This document shows, piece after piece, positions 49,518-57,953 of a stretch of DNA of 64,000 nucleotides. Positions within the stretch are counted from its first letter, which is position 1. Each line of letters begins with the position of its first letter. The notes beneath the pieces were generated by a model. The model worked only from the letters and a program-made list of their open reading frames with translations, was not told the origin of the DNA and searched no databases. Location of the stretch: positions 480,001 to 544,000 of the forward strand of contig CAWKKR010000008.1 of assembly GCA_963850305.1 (NCBI GenBank), given 5' to 3'. The position numbers were made by a program, and so were the translations under genes. This DNA is from an uncultured delta proteobacterium. Its GTDB lineage: Bacteria; Myxococcota_A; Polyangia; Polyangiales; Polyangiaceae.

Positions 49518-50491
49518 AAGTTTTGGCGATCGTCGTGAACTATCGAACGGCGGAGCGCACGGTCGAAGCGGTCGCGTCGCTCCTCGACGCCCTCACGCAC
49601 CTGGACGGACGCGTGGCCGTCGTCGACAACGACTCGCAGGACGGCTCGCGTGAGCTCCTCGCTCGAACCATCGCGGAACGCGGCTGGAGCTCGCGCGTCG
49701 AACTCCTTTGCTCGCCGGTCAACGGTGGCTTCGGTTATGGCAACAACCTGGCGATCCGCCGGACCTACGACGCGGAGGATGCTCCCGAGTTTTTCTTCAT
49801 GCTGAACCCCGACGCCGTCGCGGAGCCGGACACGATCGCCGCGCTGCTCGAATTCATGGGGGAGACTCCCGACTGCGGCATCGCTGGGAGCCGCATCTTC
49901 GGCTTCGACGGCGAGCGACACGTCTCCGCGTTCCGCTTCCCGAGCCCGCTCGGCGAGCTCGAGGCTGGTCTGAAGCTCGGGCTCGCGACGCGCGTTCTGC
50001 GGCCCTGGGTCGTCGCGCCGCGTCCGCGCCACGCCACGGGAGAGGTCGACTGGGTGGCGGGCGCGAGCTTCATGGTGCGGCGCACGGTGTTCGATCGTGT
50101 CGGCCTCTTCGACGAGAAGTTCTTTCTCTACTTCGAGGAGGTCGATCTCTCTTTGCGGGCGAAGGCGCAAGGCCTCAAGACCTTCTACGTCCACGAAAGT
50201 CGCGTCAGCCACGAAGGGGCCGTGGCGACCGGCTTGAATGACACGAACCAGCCAGTTCCACCGTACTGGTTCGACTCGCGGAAACGGTTTTTCGCGAAGC
50301 ATCACGGCACGACGACCCTTTTGGCGGCAAACGTCTGCTTCACCGTCGGATTTCTTCTCTTTCGAGTACGGCGAAGGATCCAGCAGAAACCCGATCGCGA
50401 CCCGCCCAATCTTCTCTTCGACTTCATCCGGCACAACCTCCCCACACTCCCGGCCGCTCCGCAGGCCGGAGCTGCGGCGCTCGTTCAATGA
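49514..50491 (+). CDS. Glycosyltransferase family 2
   Basis: IVVNYRT, VVDNDS, GFGYGNN, LNPD, FDEKFFLYFEEVD. ATGA overlap with the previous gene. Confidence 0.92.
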   Translation: MKVLAIVVNYRTAERTVEAVASLLDALTHLDGRVAVVDNDSQDGSRELLARTIAERGWSSRVELLCSPVNGGFGYGNNLAIRRTYDAEDAPEFFFMLNPDAVAEPDTIAALLEFMGETPDCGIAGSRIFGFDGERHVSAFRFPSPLGELEAGLKLGLATRVLRPWVVAPRPRHATGEVDWVAGASFMVRRTVFDRVGLFDEKFFLYFEEVDLSLRAKAQGLKTFYVHESRVSHEGAVATGLNDTNQPVPPYWFDSRKRFFAKHHGTTTLLAANVCFTVGFLLFRVRRRIQQKPDRDPPNLLFDFIRHNLPTLPAAPQAGAAALVQ

Positions 50492-51072
50492 ATCGCGCTG
50501 GGCTCATGGTCGTCGCGGCGCTCGCATGTTCGGCCTGCGGAGCGTCCCACCCCTATGTGTGGGTGGATGATCTCCCTCGCTCCGCAACGGCCGAGGTGCC
50601 CCAGATTCGAGCGGGCGATCGACTGTACGTCCTAGTCAAAGGGCAGGATGCGCTGACCGGCGAAGTCCCCGTTCGTCTCGACGGCAACATCGTTCATCCC
50701 GTCTTCGGCGTCGTGGCCGTCGCCGGCACATCGCCTCGCGAGGCAGCGCGACGCATCGAGGCGCGCCTCCGGAACGTCGTACTGGATGCGAACGTCTCGG
50801 TCGCCATCGCGGCGCGCCTTCCATACCAGGTCAGCGTGGTCGGAGAAGTGACGCACCCTGGACCGCTCGAGCTCGAGCCGGGGGAAGGCGTACTGCAGGC
50901 GCTCGCGAGAGCCGGCGGGTTCACCGAGTTCGCGAACAGAAGCGGCATCTACGTCCTTCGCCAGCGCCCCGAGGACGAACGCGTCCGCTTTCGCTACGAC
51001 GATCTCGCGGGCGGCGATGCACGGAGTCTAGGGTTTCGTCTGCACGACGGTGATGTCGTCGTCGTCGAGTAG
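50488..51072 (+). CDS. Short OPX (Wza-like) polysaccharide export lipoprotein
   Basis: Lipobox CSAC, PES motif (GD..V.V...VRLDGNI..P..G), SLBB (VVGEV..PG, AGGFTEFA). Ends at DGDVVVVE without an outer-membrane-spanning helix. Confidence 0.9.
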   Translation: MNRAGLMVVAALACSACGASHPYVWVDDLPRSATAEVPQIRAGDRLYVLVKGQDALTGEVPVRLDGNIVHPVFGVVAVAGTSPREAARRIEARLRNVVLDANVSVAIAARLPYQVSVVGEVTHPGPLELEPGEGVLQALARAGGFTEFANRSGIYVLRQRPEDERVRFRYDDLAGGDARSLGFRLHDGDVVVVE

Positions 51073-51077
51073 CTATC

Positions 51078-52382
51078 ATGCACTTGGCTCTCGGCGCGCT
51101 CGCTTTCACGCGATTGCTCGGCGCGCTGACCGCGGACGCCGTCGCAGGCGGCCGAACCGAAGTCATGGCCGGCATCGCTCCCGTGCTCCCCGGCGAGTCG
51201 TCCGAGGGCTCCGTCGGCGCGGCGCTCACGCCGTTCGGTGCGCTGCAACTCTCCGAAGAGACGTGGCACCTCGGGCTCAAGTACGCGCCGCGTCTTCTCT
51301 GGCGCGCACCCAACGCCGTCAACGACGGCCGTCCACTGCTGCTGCAGAGCGGCGCGCTCGAACACGAGGCCCTGCTCGGACGTTCGCTCACGCTGACGAC
51401 CGAGGTTCAGGGTAGCGCCGGACGCGTCGACTACAGCATGTACGCCCTTCAGGCGACACCGGGCGGCTCGGTGTCGCCCGCGGGAACCGGCGCTCAACCC
51501 GGGCAGCCTCAGACGACGACACCGGGAACCGCTGCGCCCTCCGCGACGACTGGACAGGCGGGAGTAGCGCCGTCCCAGCTCTCCCTGACGGTCATCGATC
51601 TCTACGACGTGTCGGCGGACACGAAGCTCCAGGCCCACACGGACGCGCGCACGACGCTGACGCTCGGCGCGTCAGGCGGCGACAACGGCCCAATAGGCGC
51701 CGCGAGCGAGAGCTACCCGCGACACACCCGCGCCGCGCTCGAGCCGTCGCTTCGATACCAGCTCTCACCCACCGACAACCTCCGCATGCCGCTCTCGAGC
51801 GAGTACCATCGGGTCAACGGTGTCACCCTCGTGGACGACAGCGCCGAGCTCGAATGGGAGCATCGCTTCCTGCCGCAGACGACACTGCTCCTCGCCGCGG
51901 GCGGCTTGTACGCGAAGCCCCTCGACCCCGCCGGCAACGGCACCTTCTTTCCCTCGGCCGACGCGAGCCTCTCGCACGCCCTCGTGTACGAGCGCGGCTT
52001 GCGGATCCAGGGGACGCTCGATGTCGCTCTTCAGCCGCTCCTGTTCGTGCTCGATGCAGACTTTCGTCCCATCGCGAGCGTGCAAGCGGCGTTCGACATG
52101 ATCGTGCCGCCGCGCCTCCGAGCCGGCCTCCGCGCCTCCTTCTCCACGACGGCCACGGCCAGGCCGTACACACCGGGCGAAGTCGAAACTTACTTCGTCG
52201 CGGAGGCGCCCATCGTCTACGACGTGAGCCCCAACGTCTCGTTCGAGTGCGGCGCGCGGAGCATCTGGAGCGCGCCTCATCTCTCCGAGAGCTTCCAGCT
52301 CGAGAACGCGCAGCTCTGGGGCTACCTCGCGATCACCGCCGTGCTCGGCACGAACGACGATCCGATCGAGATGACGCGGTAA
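51078..52382 (+). CDS. Putative outer-membrane beta-barrel partner of the OPX protein
   Basis: Signal peptide, alternating amphipathic beta-strand pattern, position 5 nt after the short OPX. Confidence 0.65.
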   Translation: MHLALGALAFTRLLGALTADAVAGGRTEVMAGIAPVLPGESSEGSVGAALTPFGALQLSEETWHLGLKYAPRLLWRAPNAVNDGRPLLLQSGALEHEALLGRSLTLTTEVQGSAGRVDYSMYALQATPGGSVSPAGTGAQPGQPQTTTPGTAAPSATTGQAGVAPSQLSLTVIDLYDVSADTKLQAHTDARTTLTLGASGGDNGPIGAASESYPRHTRAALEPSLRYQLSPTDNLRMPLSSEYHRVNGVTLVDDSAELEWEHRFLPQTTLLLAAGGLYAKPLDPAGNGTFFPSADASLSHALVYERGLRIQGTLDVALQPLLFVLDADFRPIASVQAAFDMIVPPRLRAGLRASFSTTATARPYTPGEVETYFVAEAPIVYDVSPNVSFECGARSIWSAPHLSESFQLENAQLWGYLAITAVLGTNDDPIEMTR

Positions 52383-52734
52383 GAAAGCCTGGGCGGCCTC
52401 GGAGGGCACTACCGCCTTCCACGAGGGCTGGAGGCTTGGGCTGGCGAGCGAAACGCTCGAACCCGATCCCCGGCGGTCCCTCGCGACCGAAGGCGACGAC
52501 ATCCTTGCCCTCCGCCGAGACGGTGGACGTTTGCACACCGGTGCTCGTCGCGCTGCAGGACGAGGCCCGTGGTCCGATGGACGCGCCGCGCCCCTGCCAG
52601 GTGGGGGGCCGCTGCGCAACTCTGGGGTTACGTTGCGATCACCGCCGTGCTCGGCACGAACGACGATCCAATCGAAATGACGCGGTGAGAAGGCCTGGGC
52701 GGCCTCAGAGGGCACTACCGCCTTCCACGAGGGC
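52308..52734 (+). repeat. Imperfect 121-bp direct repeat (52308-52428 and 52614-52734)
   Basis: Manual alignment shows 9 mismatches and no gaps. The repeat covers the last 24 codons, the stop and 46 bp downstream of the beta-barrel gene. Confidence 0.93.
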
Positions 52735-52780
52735 GTGTCGAGGTTGAGGTCGATAGCTGCGACGACTGGCGCGAGCCCGC

Positions 52781-53211
52781 ACGCTCGAGACGTGCCTCTC
52801 GACGCTCGAGACGTGCCTCTCGACGCTCGAGACGTGCCTCTCGACGCTCGAGACGTGCCTCTCGACGCTCGAGACGTGCCTCTCGACGCTCGAGACGTGC
52901 CTCTCGACGCTCGAGACGTGCCTCTCGACGCTCGAGACGTGCCTCTCGACGCTCGAGACGTGCCTCTCGACGCTCGAGACGTGCCTCTCGACGCTCGAGA
53001 CGTGCCTCTCGACGCTCGAGACGTGCCTCTCGACGCTCGAGACGTGCCTCTCGACGCTCGAGACGTGCCTCTCGACGCCGACGGACGCATCCTCGCGCCG
53101 CGTGATGCGCCTCTCGACGCTCGAGACGTGCCTCTCGACGCTCGAGACGTGCCTCTCGACGCCGACGGACGCGCCCTCGCGCCGCGTGAGCTGGCTCTCG
53201 ACGCCGACGGA
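52781..53211. repeat. Tandem array (VNTR): 21-bp unit ACGCTCGAGACGTGCCTCTCG x14, 42-bp unit, 21-bp x2, 42-bp variant, partial unit
   Basis: Counted directly from the sequence; 21-bp units are identical and there are no spacers. Confidence 0.95.
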
Positions 53212-53284
53212 CCCTATCGTTCCATTCAGGGTCGACGTAGCGCGGAGCGCTTACTCACTCGCGCAATGCGCGGCGCAGCGCGCC

Positions 53285-53698
53285 CTAGGGCACTTGGAAG
53301 TCTTGGCGGACCGTGAGACCGCAGGAGACGTACTCCGCCTCGAGAGGGGGATGCTTGCTCGCTAGATCGCCATCTAGGTCGCAGAAGATGAGCTCCCGCT
53401 CTCCCGCTGAGTAGAGGTCGGTCGCTTTCGAGAGAACCGCTCCCAGGACCATCTCGTCGAACGGCTTGAGGGACTTCACGGTGAAGACTTTCAGCGTCCG
53501 AGCGACTACGGCGGGTGACGGATTTATCCGCTCCATCGCACCTACGGCGGTCTGGACCTGCTGTTCGAGTGTCGAAAGCGCTGTCTTTCGATCGGCGTCG
53601 GCGAGGTCGCTCAGCTCATCGCGGGTTCGCCGCGAACGGGTCCGGGCATTCGACGACCCTGCCGACGTCTGCGAGCAAGGGCGCGCCTCAGAATTCAT
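53285..53698 (-). pseudogene. Probable 5'-truncated PIN-like protein remnant
   Basis: The C-terminal ~110 aa (LKPFDEMVLGAVL...LIFCDLDGDL) resemble the second half of a PIN-like fold. No convincing N-terminus before the copolymerase stop. Confidence 0.4.
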
Positions 53699-55466
53699 TT
53701 TCGCGGACGTATCTTCGGAGCTCGACGAACGCGATGAGCAAGGTCGCCAGGAGCAAACCAAGCACCGAGCCAATGCCGGACCGCAAGAAGACGGTCCGGC
53801 GAAGCGGCGGGGTCGTGGGTTCCGTCGGGGACGTGATCTGGTAGCGCGCGGCGGCCAGGGCTTTCTCGAGATCGAGGTCGAGCTCGCTCGCCTTGTAGCG
53901 GGCGAAGAGCTTGGCATGAAGCTCTTTGGTGCCGGCATACGTGCGCGTGAGCTCGGCGTATTGCGCTTCGACGTCCGGGAGTTCGCGAGCGGCTCGGTCG
54001 AGCTCCGCGAGGTCTCCACTCACGCGTGCCAGCTCTCTCGATGCGGCATTCTTCGATACCCGAAGGTCCGCGATGCGATCGTTCAAGGCGCGGAGCGCGG
54101 GATCGGCGCGGCGCTCGGTGTCCGTGATGGCGCCCTGAACGGTTTGCCTGGAGAGCCGTTCGAGTTCCTGCTCTTGCCGTTCGAGATGCTGGACCTCGGG
54201 ATGCTCGTCACCCAGCCCGGAAGCGCGTGCTTGACCGAGCTTCTGCTTCACGTCGACGAGAGCCGTCTCGTAAGGCGCCGCGGCCTCCACCTTGTGCGAG
54301 AAGAGCGGATCGTCGGCCGTGATCTTGTTTCGCTCGGCGGCGAGCGCGAGGGTCGAGCGCTCCACCTCCGCAGCCAGATCCGTCTGACGCGCCTTGAGCG
54401 ACAGGCGCGCCGTGAACTCCTCTTTTGCCTGGTCGGGGAGACCATCGGGGTGTCGCTCCTTGAAGTCCCGGAGCGACGATTCCATCTTCGTGAGCTCGGC
54501 GTCGTTCGTGTCGAGCTGGCCTCTCAGGAACGTCACCTCCGCACTCATCACGTGCAGCGTCTTCTCGACCTCGAACGCGACGAACTCCTTCGACTGCTGC
54601 TCGAGAAAGCGCGTCGCGTCGCGCGTGCTGCGGTCCGTGAACGTCGCGCGGTAGGTCCCGAGTGCGATCCCGTCGAATTGGAGGCGGTTCCGCGCGGAGA
54701 CGACCTCTTCCCGCGTCGGAGGACGCGGCGAGAGAGCGGTCAGCGTGCGACCGATGAGTTCCGGACTCCTGAAATCCATCTCCGCGGCGGAGAAGAACCT
54801 GTCGTCGGACTGTGTCCCGGGGTTGTCGGAGGGTTTCGGAGTGAGCCGGATCTCGAATGCGGCGCGACCTTGCGGCGGTTTCACCCGCACGCTCGCGGCG
54901 CCGGCGAAGCTTGCCGCGAACACACATCCGGCAATCAATGGGTGATACGGGCGAAGGAAACGTCCGCCGCGAATGATGCCGCCCACGACGTCGTGGAGCG
55001 TGAGTCCCTCGTCACCCGCACGAAACTGCAGGTCGCGATTCTGACCCGGGAACTTCGCGAGGGACCGCACGCCCTGGTGCGTGATCGCGTCGATCGGGAC
55101 GTGGGAGATGGCGATCGTCGACGGGCGGCCCGGATCCTCGGGCTGCGAGAGAAAGCTCATCACGGTCTCGCCGACGCGGAGCACGTCACCGGCGCGCAGC
55201 AACCCGTCGGCGGTGACCCGTTCACCGTTCACGAAGGTGCCGTTGGTGGACTTGAGATCGACGACGCGATGCTCCCCGTTCACGAGAATGAGCCTCGCGT
55301 GGCGTTGCGACACCGACGCTTGGTCTAGCCGGATGTCTGCATCTCTCGCACGCCCGATGACATACTCGCCGGGCCTCAGCGGAAATATGGACCCGGGGCG
55401 CGCGCCCGCTAGCACGAGCAGGAACCCGCCGTCGCCGAAGTCCGCACGGTCCGAAAGCGGCCCCAT
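53688..55466 (-). CDS. FHA domain fused to a polysaccharide copolymerase (Wzz/Wzc periplasmic part), without a tyrosine-kinase domain
   Basis: FHA motifs IGR, SQRH, STNG; then TM1, a long periplasmic coiled coil (DEHPEV), Pro-rich plus Gly-rich TM2 (GIGSVLGLLL) and a ~10-aa tail. Confidence 0.85.
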   Translation of the reverse strand: MGPLSDRADFGDGGFLLVLAGARPGSIFPLRPGEYVIGRARDADIRLDQASVSQRHARLILVNGEHRVVDLKSTNGTFVNGERVTADGLLRAGDVLRVGETVMSFLSQPEDPGRPSTIAISHVPIDAITHQGVRSLAKFPGQNRDLQFRAGDEGLTLHDVVGGIIRGGRFLRPYHPLIAGCVFAASFAGAASVRVKPPQGRAAFEIRLTPKPSDNPGTQSDDRFFSAAEMDFRSPELIGRTLTALSPRPPTREEVVSARNRLQFDGIALGTYRATFTDRSTRDATRFLEQQSKEFVAFEVEKTLHVMSAEVTFLRGQLDTNDAELTKMESSLRDFKERHPDGLPDQAKEEFTARLSLKARQTDLAAEVERSTLALAAERNKITADDPLFSHKVEAAAPYETALVDVKQKLGQARASGLGDEHPEVQHLERQEQELERLSRQTVQGAITDTERRADPALRALNDRIADLRVSKNAASRELARVSGDLAELDRAARELPDVEAQYAELTRTYAGTKELHAKLFARYKASELDLDLEKALAAARYQITSPTEPTTPPLRRTVFLRSGIGSVLGLLLATLLIAFVELRRYVRENEF

Positions 55467-55501
55467 CTACGGTTTCTAAGACTCGTGAGGCCGCGTTGGG
55501 A

Positions 55502-56566
55502 CTAGGCCGTCGCCTGCACCGCGGACGTCACGAGGTCGACCGGCTCCGGCGTCGCGGCGCAGCTGTCGGCGCGAGACGCGAGCGCGCTGCCATCGGCCGT
55601 GCCGCACTGCCCCGCGCTTCCCGTCGCGAGGCGCCGGGCCTCGAGCTCCGGACCGAAGGTCTCCCGCACCCACCGTCCGACGTCGCTCGGAGGCGCCAGG
55701 AGTTCGGCAGACATCGCGACCGCGTGCAAGTCTCGGATCATGTCTTCGGCGGACCGGTACCGAGCCCGGACGTCGTGCTCCAGAGCTCGGAGGCACACCC
55801 CATCCAGACAGCGGGGCGGCGCGAGACCCAAGCTGCTCGGCGCCGGAGCCGGAGTGGTCTGCAGGCGCGCGAGCATGTCTTCGTAGGTCGATGCGTCGAC
55901 GAGTTCCTGACCGGTGAGTGCGTTCCACAGAATGACCCCAGCCCAGAAAACGTCGGACACCAGACCGCCACCGGCGAGCCCGATACGGGACATTCGGCAC
56001 GTGCCGTCGAGTCCAACGAGCAGGTTGCGCGGAGACAGGTCGCGAGAAGGCAGGTCGATGACCCTGGGGGCGTCCCGTACGAGGTGATGGGCCGCGCGGA
56101 GACCGCCGAGCGCGTCGAGGACGATGGGAACGATGAGCCGCGGCGGGCGGTACGTCGGGTGCCGCGACAGGAGGTCGTGGAAGCTGCCCCCGTGGACGTA
56201 GTCCATGACGACGTAAGGCTGCTCCCGGTAAAAGCCGGTATCGACGACGCCGAGGACGCGCGGGTCCGAGATGGTGCCGGCGATTCGCGCTTCTTCGAGG
56301 AGCGCGCGCGCCATCGCGCGGTCGCTCGCGAGGCTCTTTCTGAGCATCTTCAAGGCGAACAGGCGCTCGAATCCACCCTCTCCCCTCGCTCGAACGAGAT
56401 AGACGATGGTGACCGGGCCCCGCGCGATGCGGCCTAGAACCTCGTATCTGCCGAGCGTCTGCACTCCGGCGGCCCCGAGCGAACGTAATGTTGGCTGGTT
56501 GCCGAGAACGGCCCGGTCGTCGGCGTGACCGGTCGGCCCTGCGTCTTCAGTGATGGAGGTGGACAT
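55502..56566 (-). CDS. Degenerate Hanks-type Ser/Thr kinase (pseudokinase)
   Basis: LGRYEV, FALK, EARI, VVMDY, RDLSPRN and SDVFWAG present. Gly-loop degraded, DFG replaced by RIG, activation segment/APE absent. Confidence 0.8.
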   Translation of the reverse strand: MSTSITEDAGPTGHADDRAVLGNQPTLRSLGAAGVQTLGRYEVLGRIARGPVTIVYLVRARGEGGFERLFALKMLRKSLASDRAMARALLEEARIAGTISDPRVLGVVDTGFYREQPYVVMDYVHGGSFHDLLSRHPTYRPPRLIVPIVLDALGGLRAAHHLVRDAPRVIDLPSRDLSPRNLLVGLDGTCRMSRIGLAGGGLVSDVFWAGVILWNALTGQELVDASTYEDMLARLQTTPAPAPSSLGLAPPRCLDGVCLRALEHDVRARYRSAEDMIRDLHAVAMSAELLAPPSDVGRWVRETFGPELEARRLATGSAGQCGTADGSALASRADSCAATPEPVDLVTSAVQATA

Positions 56567-57950
56567 TCGGCAAGTACCGATCGAGCCCGATCTTGAGGAC
56601 CAGACCGAGCGCCGCTCCGACGCCGGCCGCGACCGGGGCGATCAATTCGCGCGAGATACGGAGCAGCCCGAAGCGACGGAATGCGAACCAGAACACGACG
56701 AGCATCGGCAGCTCGCTCACGGTCGTTCCCCACAGCACGCCTTTGAGGTGGCCCAGGTACCAACCGAGCGGGATGCCGATCCAGACGGCGATGAACCGTC
56801 CTGCGTTGGCGATCAGGTGAAAGCGCGGATGCCCGAGGGCGATGATGCACACGCCGCACGGATACAAGATGCACTGAAGCCCCACCCGCACGCACAGAAA
56901 CTGGAGCATGTACCCCGCGGCGCGATATCGCGGGTCATACAGGAGGCGAACGACGTTCGGGCCGAGCACGACGAGGGCGCCAAGCGCCGGCATCGCCAGC
57001 AAGTCGAGCTTGAGGCGTGCAGCGTAATAGTGACGCCCGACCTCGGCGGGCCGCTCCCGGACGACTTGACTGAACAGCCCGAAGAAGACGGCGTACGTGA
57101 GCCTGTTCACGACCTGTCCCACCGCCGAGCCGAGCATGCCGGCGACGCTGTAGACACCGAGCGTCGCCATCGTGAGGAAGCGCCCGAGCAGGATCCGGTC
57201 GCCCTCGCCAGCGAGAAAGGTGAAGAGACTCGAGCCGAAGATCCATTTTCCGAAATTGGTGATCGTCCGCGCCGCAGTCTTGTCCCACCGGAATCGATTC
57301 ACGTAGCCAGTGGGCAACAGGTGACTCCCGACGACCTCGAGGACCGATTGCGTCATGCCGCCGGCGATGAGCGCCCACACGGTCGGGGACAGCTTCGCCC
57401 AGACGAACATGACGATCATGGCCGCCACCTTCGACGTGACCTCGACGACGAGAAGCGGACCGCGGCGCACGTGGCGGGCGAGCGTATCGAGCTTCGTCGA
57501 GCCGAACCCGTGGATCACGAGCGCGAACGACGCGACGGTGATCATCGCGAAGAGCCGTGGCTCGTGATAGAGCAACGACACCGGGTACGCGAGCGCGATC
57601 GCCGCGCCCCACAGCATGAATCCACGAATCACCTGGATGGTCCATGCTGTGTTCAGGAAGTCGAGGTCGTCCCCATGCTCGCTGGAGATGATGCTGTCCT
57701 TGAGCCCGACGTCCGTCAGCATGCCCAGCGCGACCATGAACACCGTGACGATCGCCGTCAGCCCGTACGCCGCGGGGAAGAGCAGACGCGACAGGATCAA
57801 GTTCGTCGCCAGACGGAGCCCCTGACTCAGCAGATACCCGATGATCTCGATGACGGAGCCGCGAACGACGAGGCGCCGCAGCCGATTCGAATGCTCCGCG
57901 GTGTCTGCGGCGGCTGCGCGAATCGGGTGAACGACGCCGGTGTCGGTCAT
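56547..57950 (-). CDS. wzx: Wzx oligosaccharide flippase
   Basis: About 12 TM segments, ILSRLL.P..YGL, TDVGL, TAWT, DRILLGRFL, LGVYSVA, LYDPRY. Confidence 0.9.
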   Translation of the reverse strand: MTDTGVVHPIRAAAADTAEHSNRLRRLVVRGSVIEIIGYLLSQGLRLATNLILSRLLFPAAYGLTAIVTVFMVALGMLTDVGLKDSIISSEHGDDLDFLNTAWTIQVIRGFMLWGAAIALAYPVSLLYHEPRLFAMITVASFALVIHGFGSTKLDTLARHVRRGPLLVVEVTSKVAAMIVMFVWAKLSPTVWALIAGGMTQSVLEVVGSHLLPTGYVNRFRWDKTAARTITNFGKWIFGSSLFTFLAGEGDRILLGRFLTMATLGVYSVAGMLGSAVGQVVNRLTYAVFFGLFSQVVRERPAEVGRHYYAARLKLDLLAMPALGALVVLGPNVVRLLYDPRYRAAGYMLQFLCVRVGLQCILYPCGVCIIALGHPRFHLIANAGRFIAVWIGIPLGWYLGHLKGVLWGTTVSELPMLVVFWFAFRRFGLLRISRELIAPVAAGVGAALGLVLKIGLDRYLPNVHLHH

Positions 57951-57953
57951 CGG

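Noticed and set aside
52308..52734. Possible diversity-generating retroelement VR/TR pair at a gene 3' end
   Set aside because: Mismatches are not confined to adenines of either copy (C/T, C/G and both A/G directions), are mostly synonymous, and no reverse transcriptase is present.
52781..53211. Possible CRISPR array
   Set aside because: Units are contiguous with no unique spacers, and no cas genes are in the window.
51765..53316. ORFs 51765-53090 (-) and 52735-53316 (+) with RASRGTS or ARDVPLD repeats
   Set aside because: They are open mainly because the repeat has no stops; there is no recognisable domain or convincing start context.
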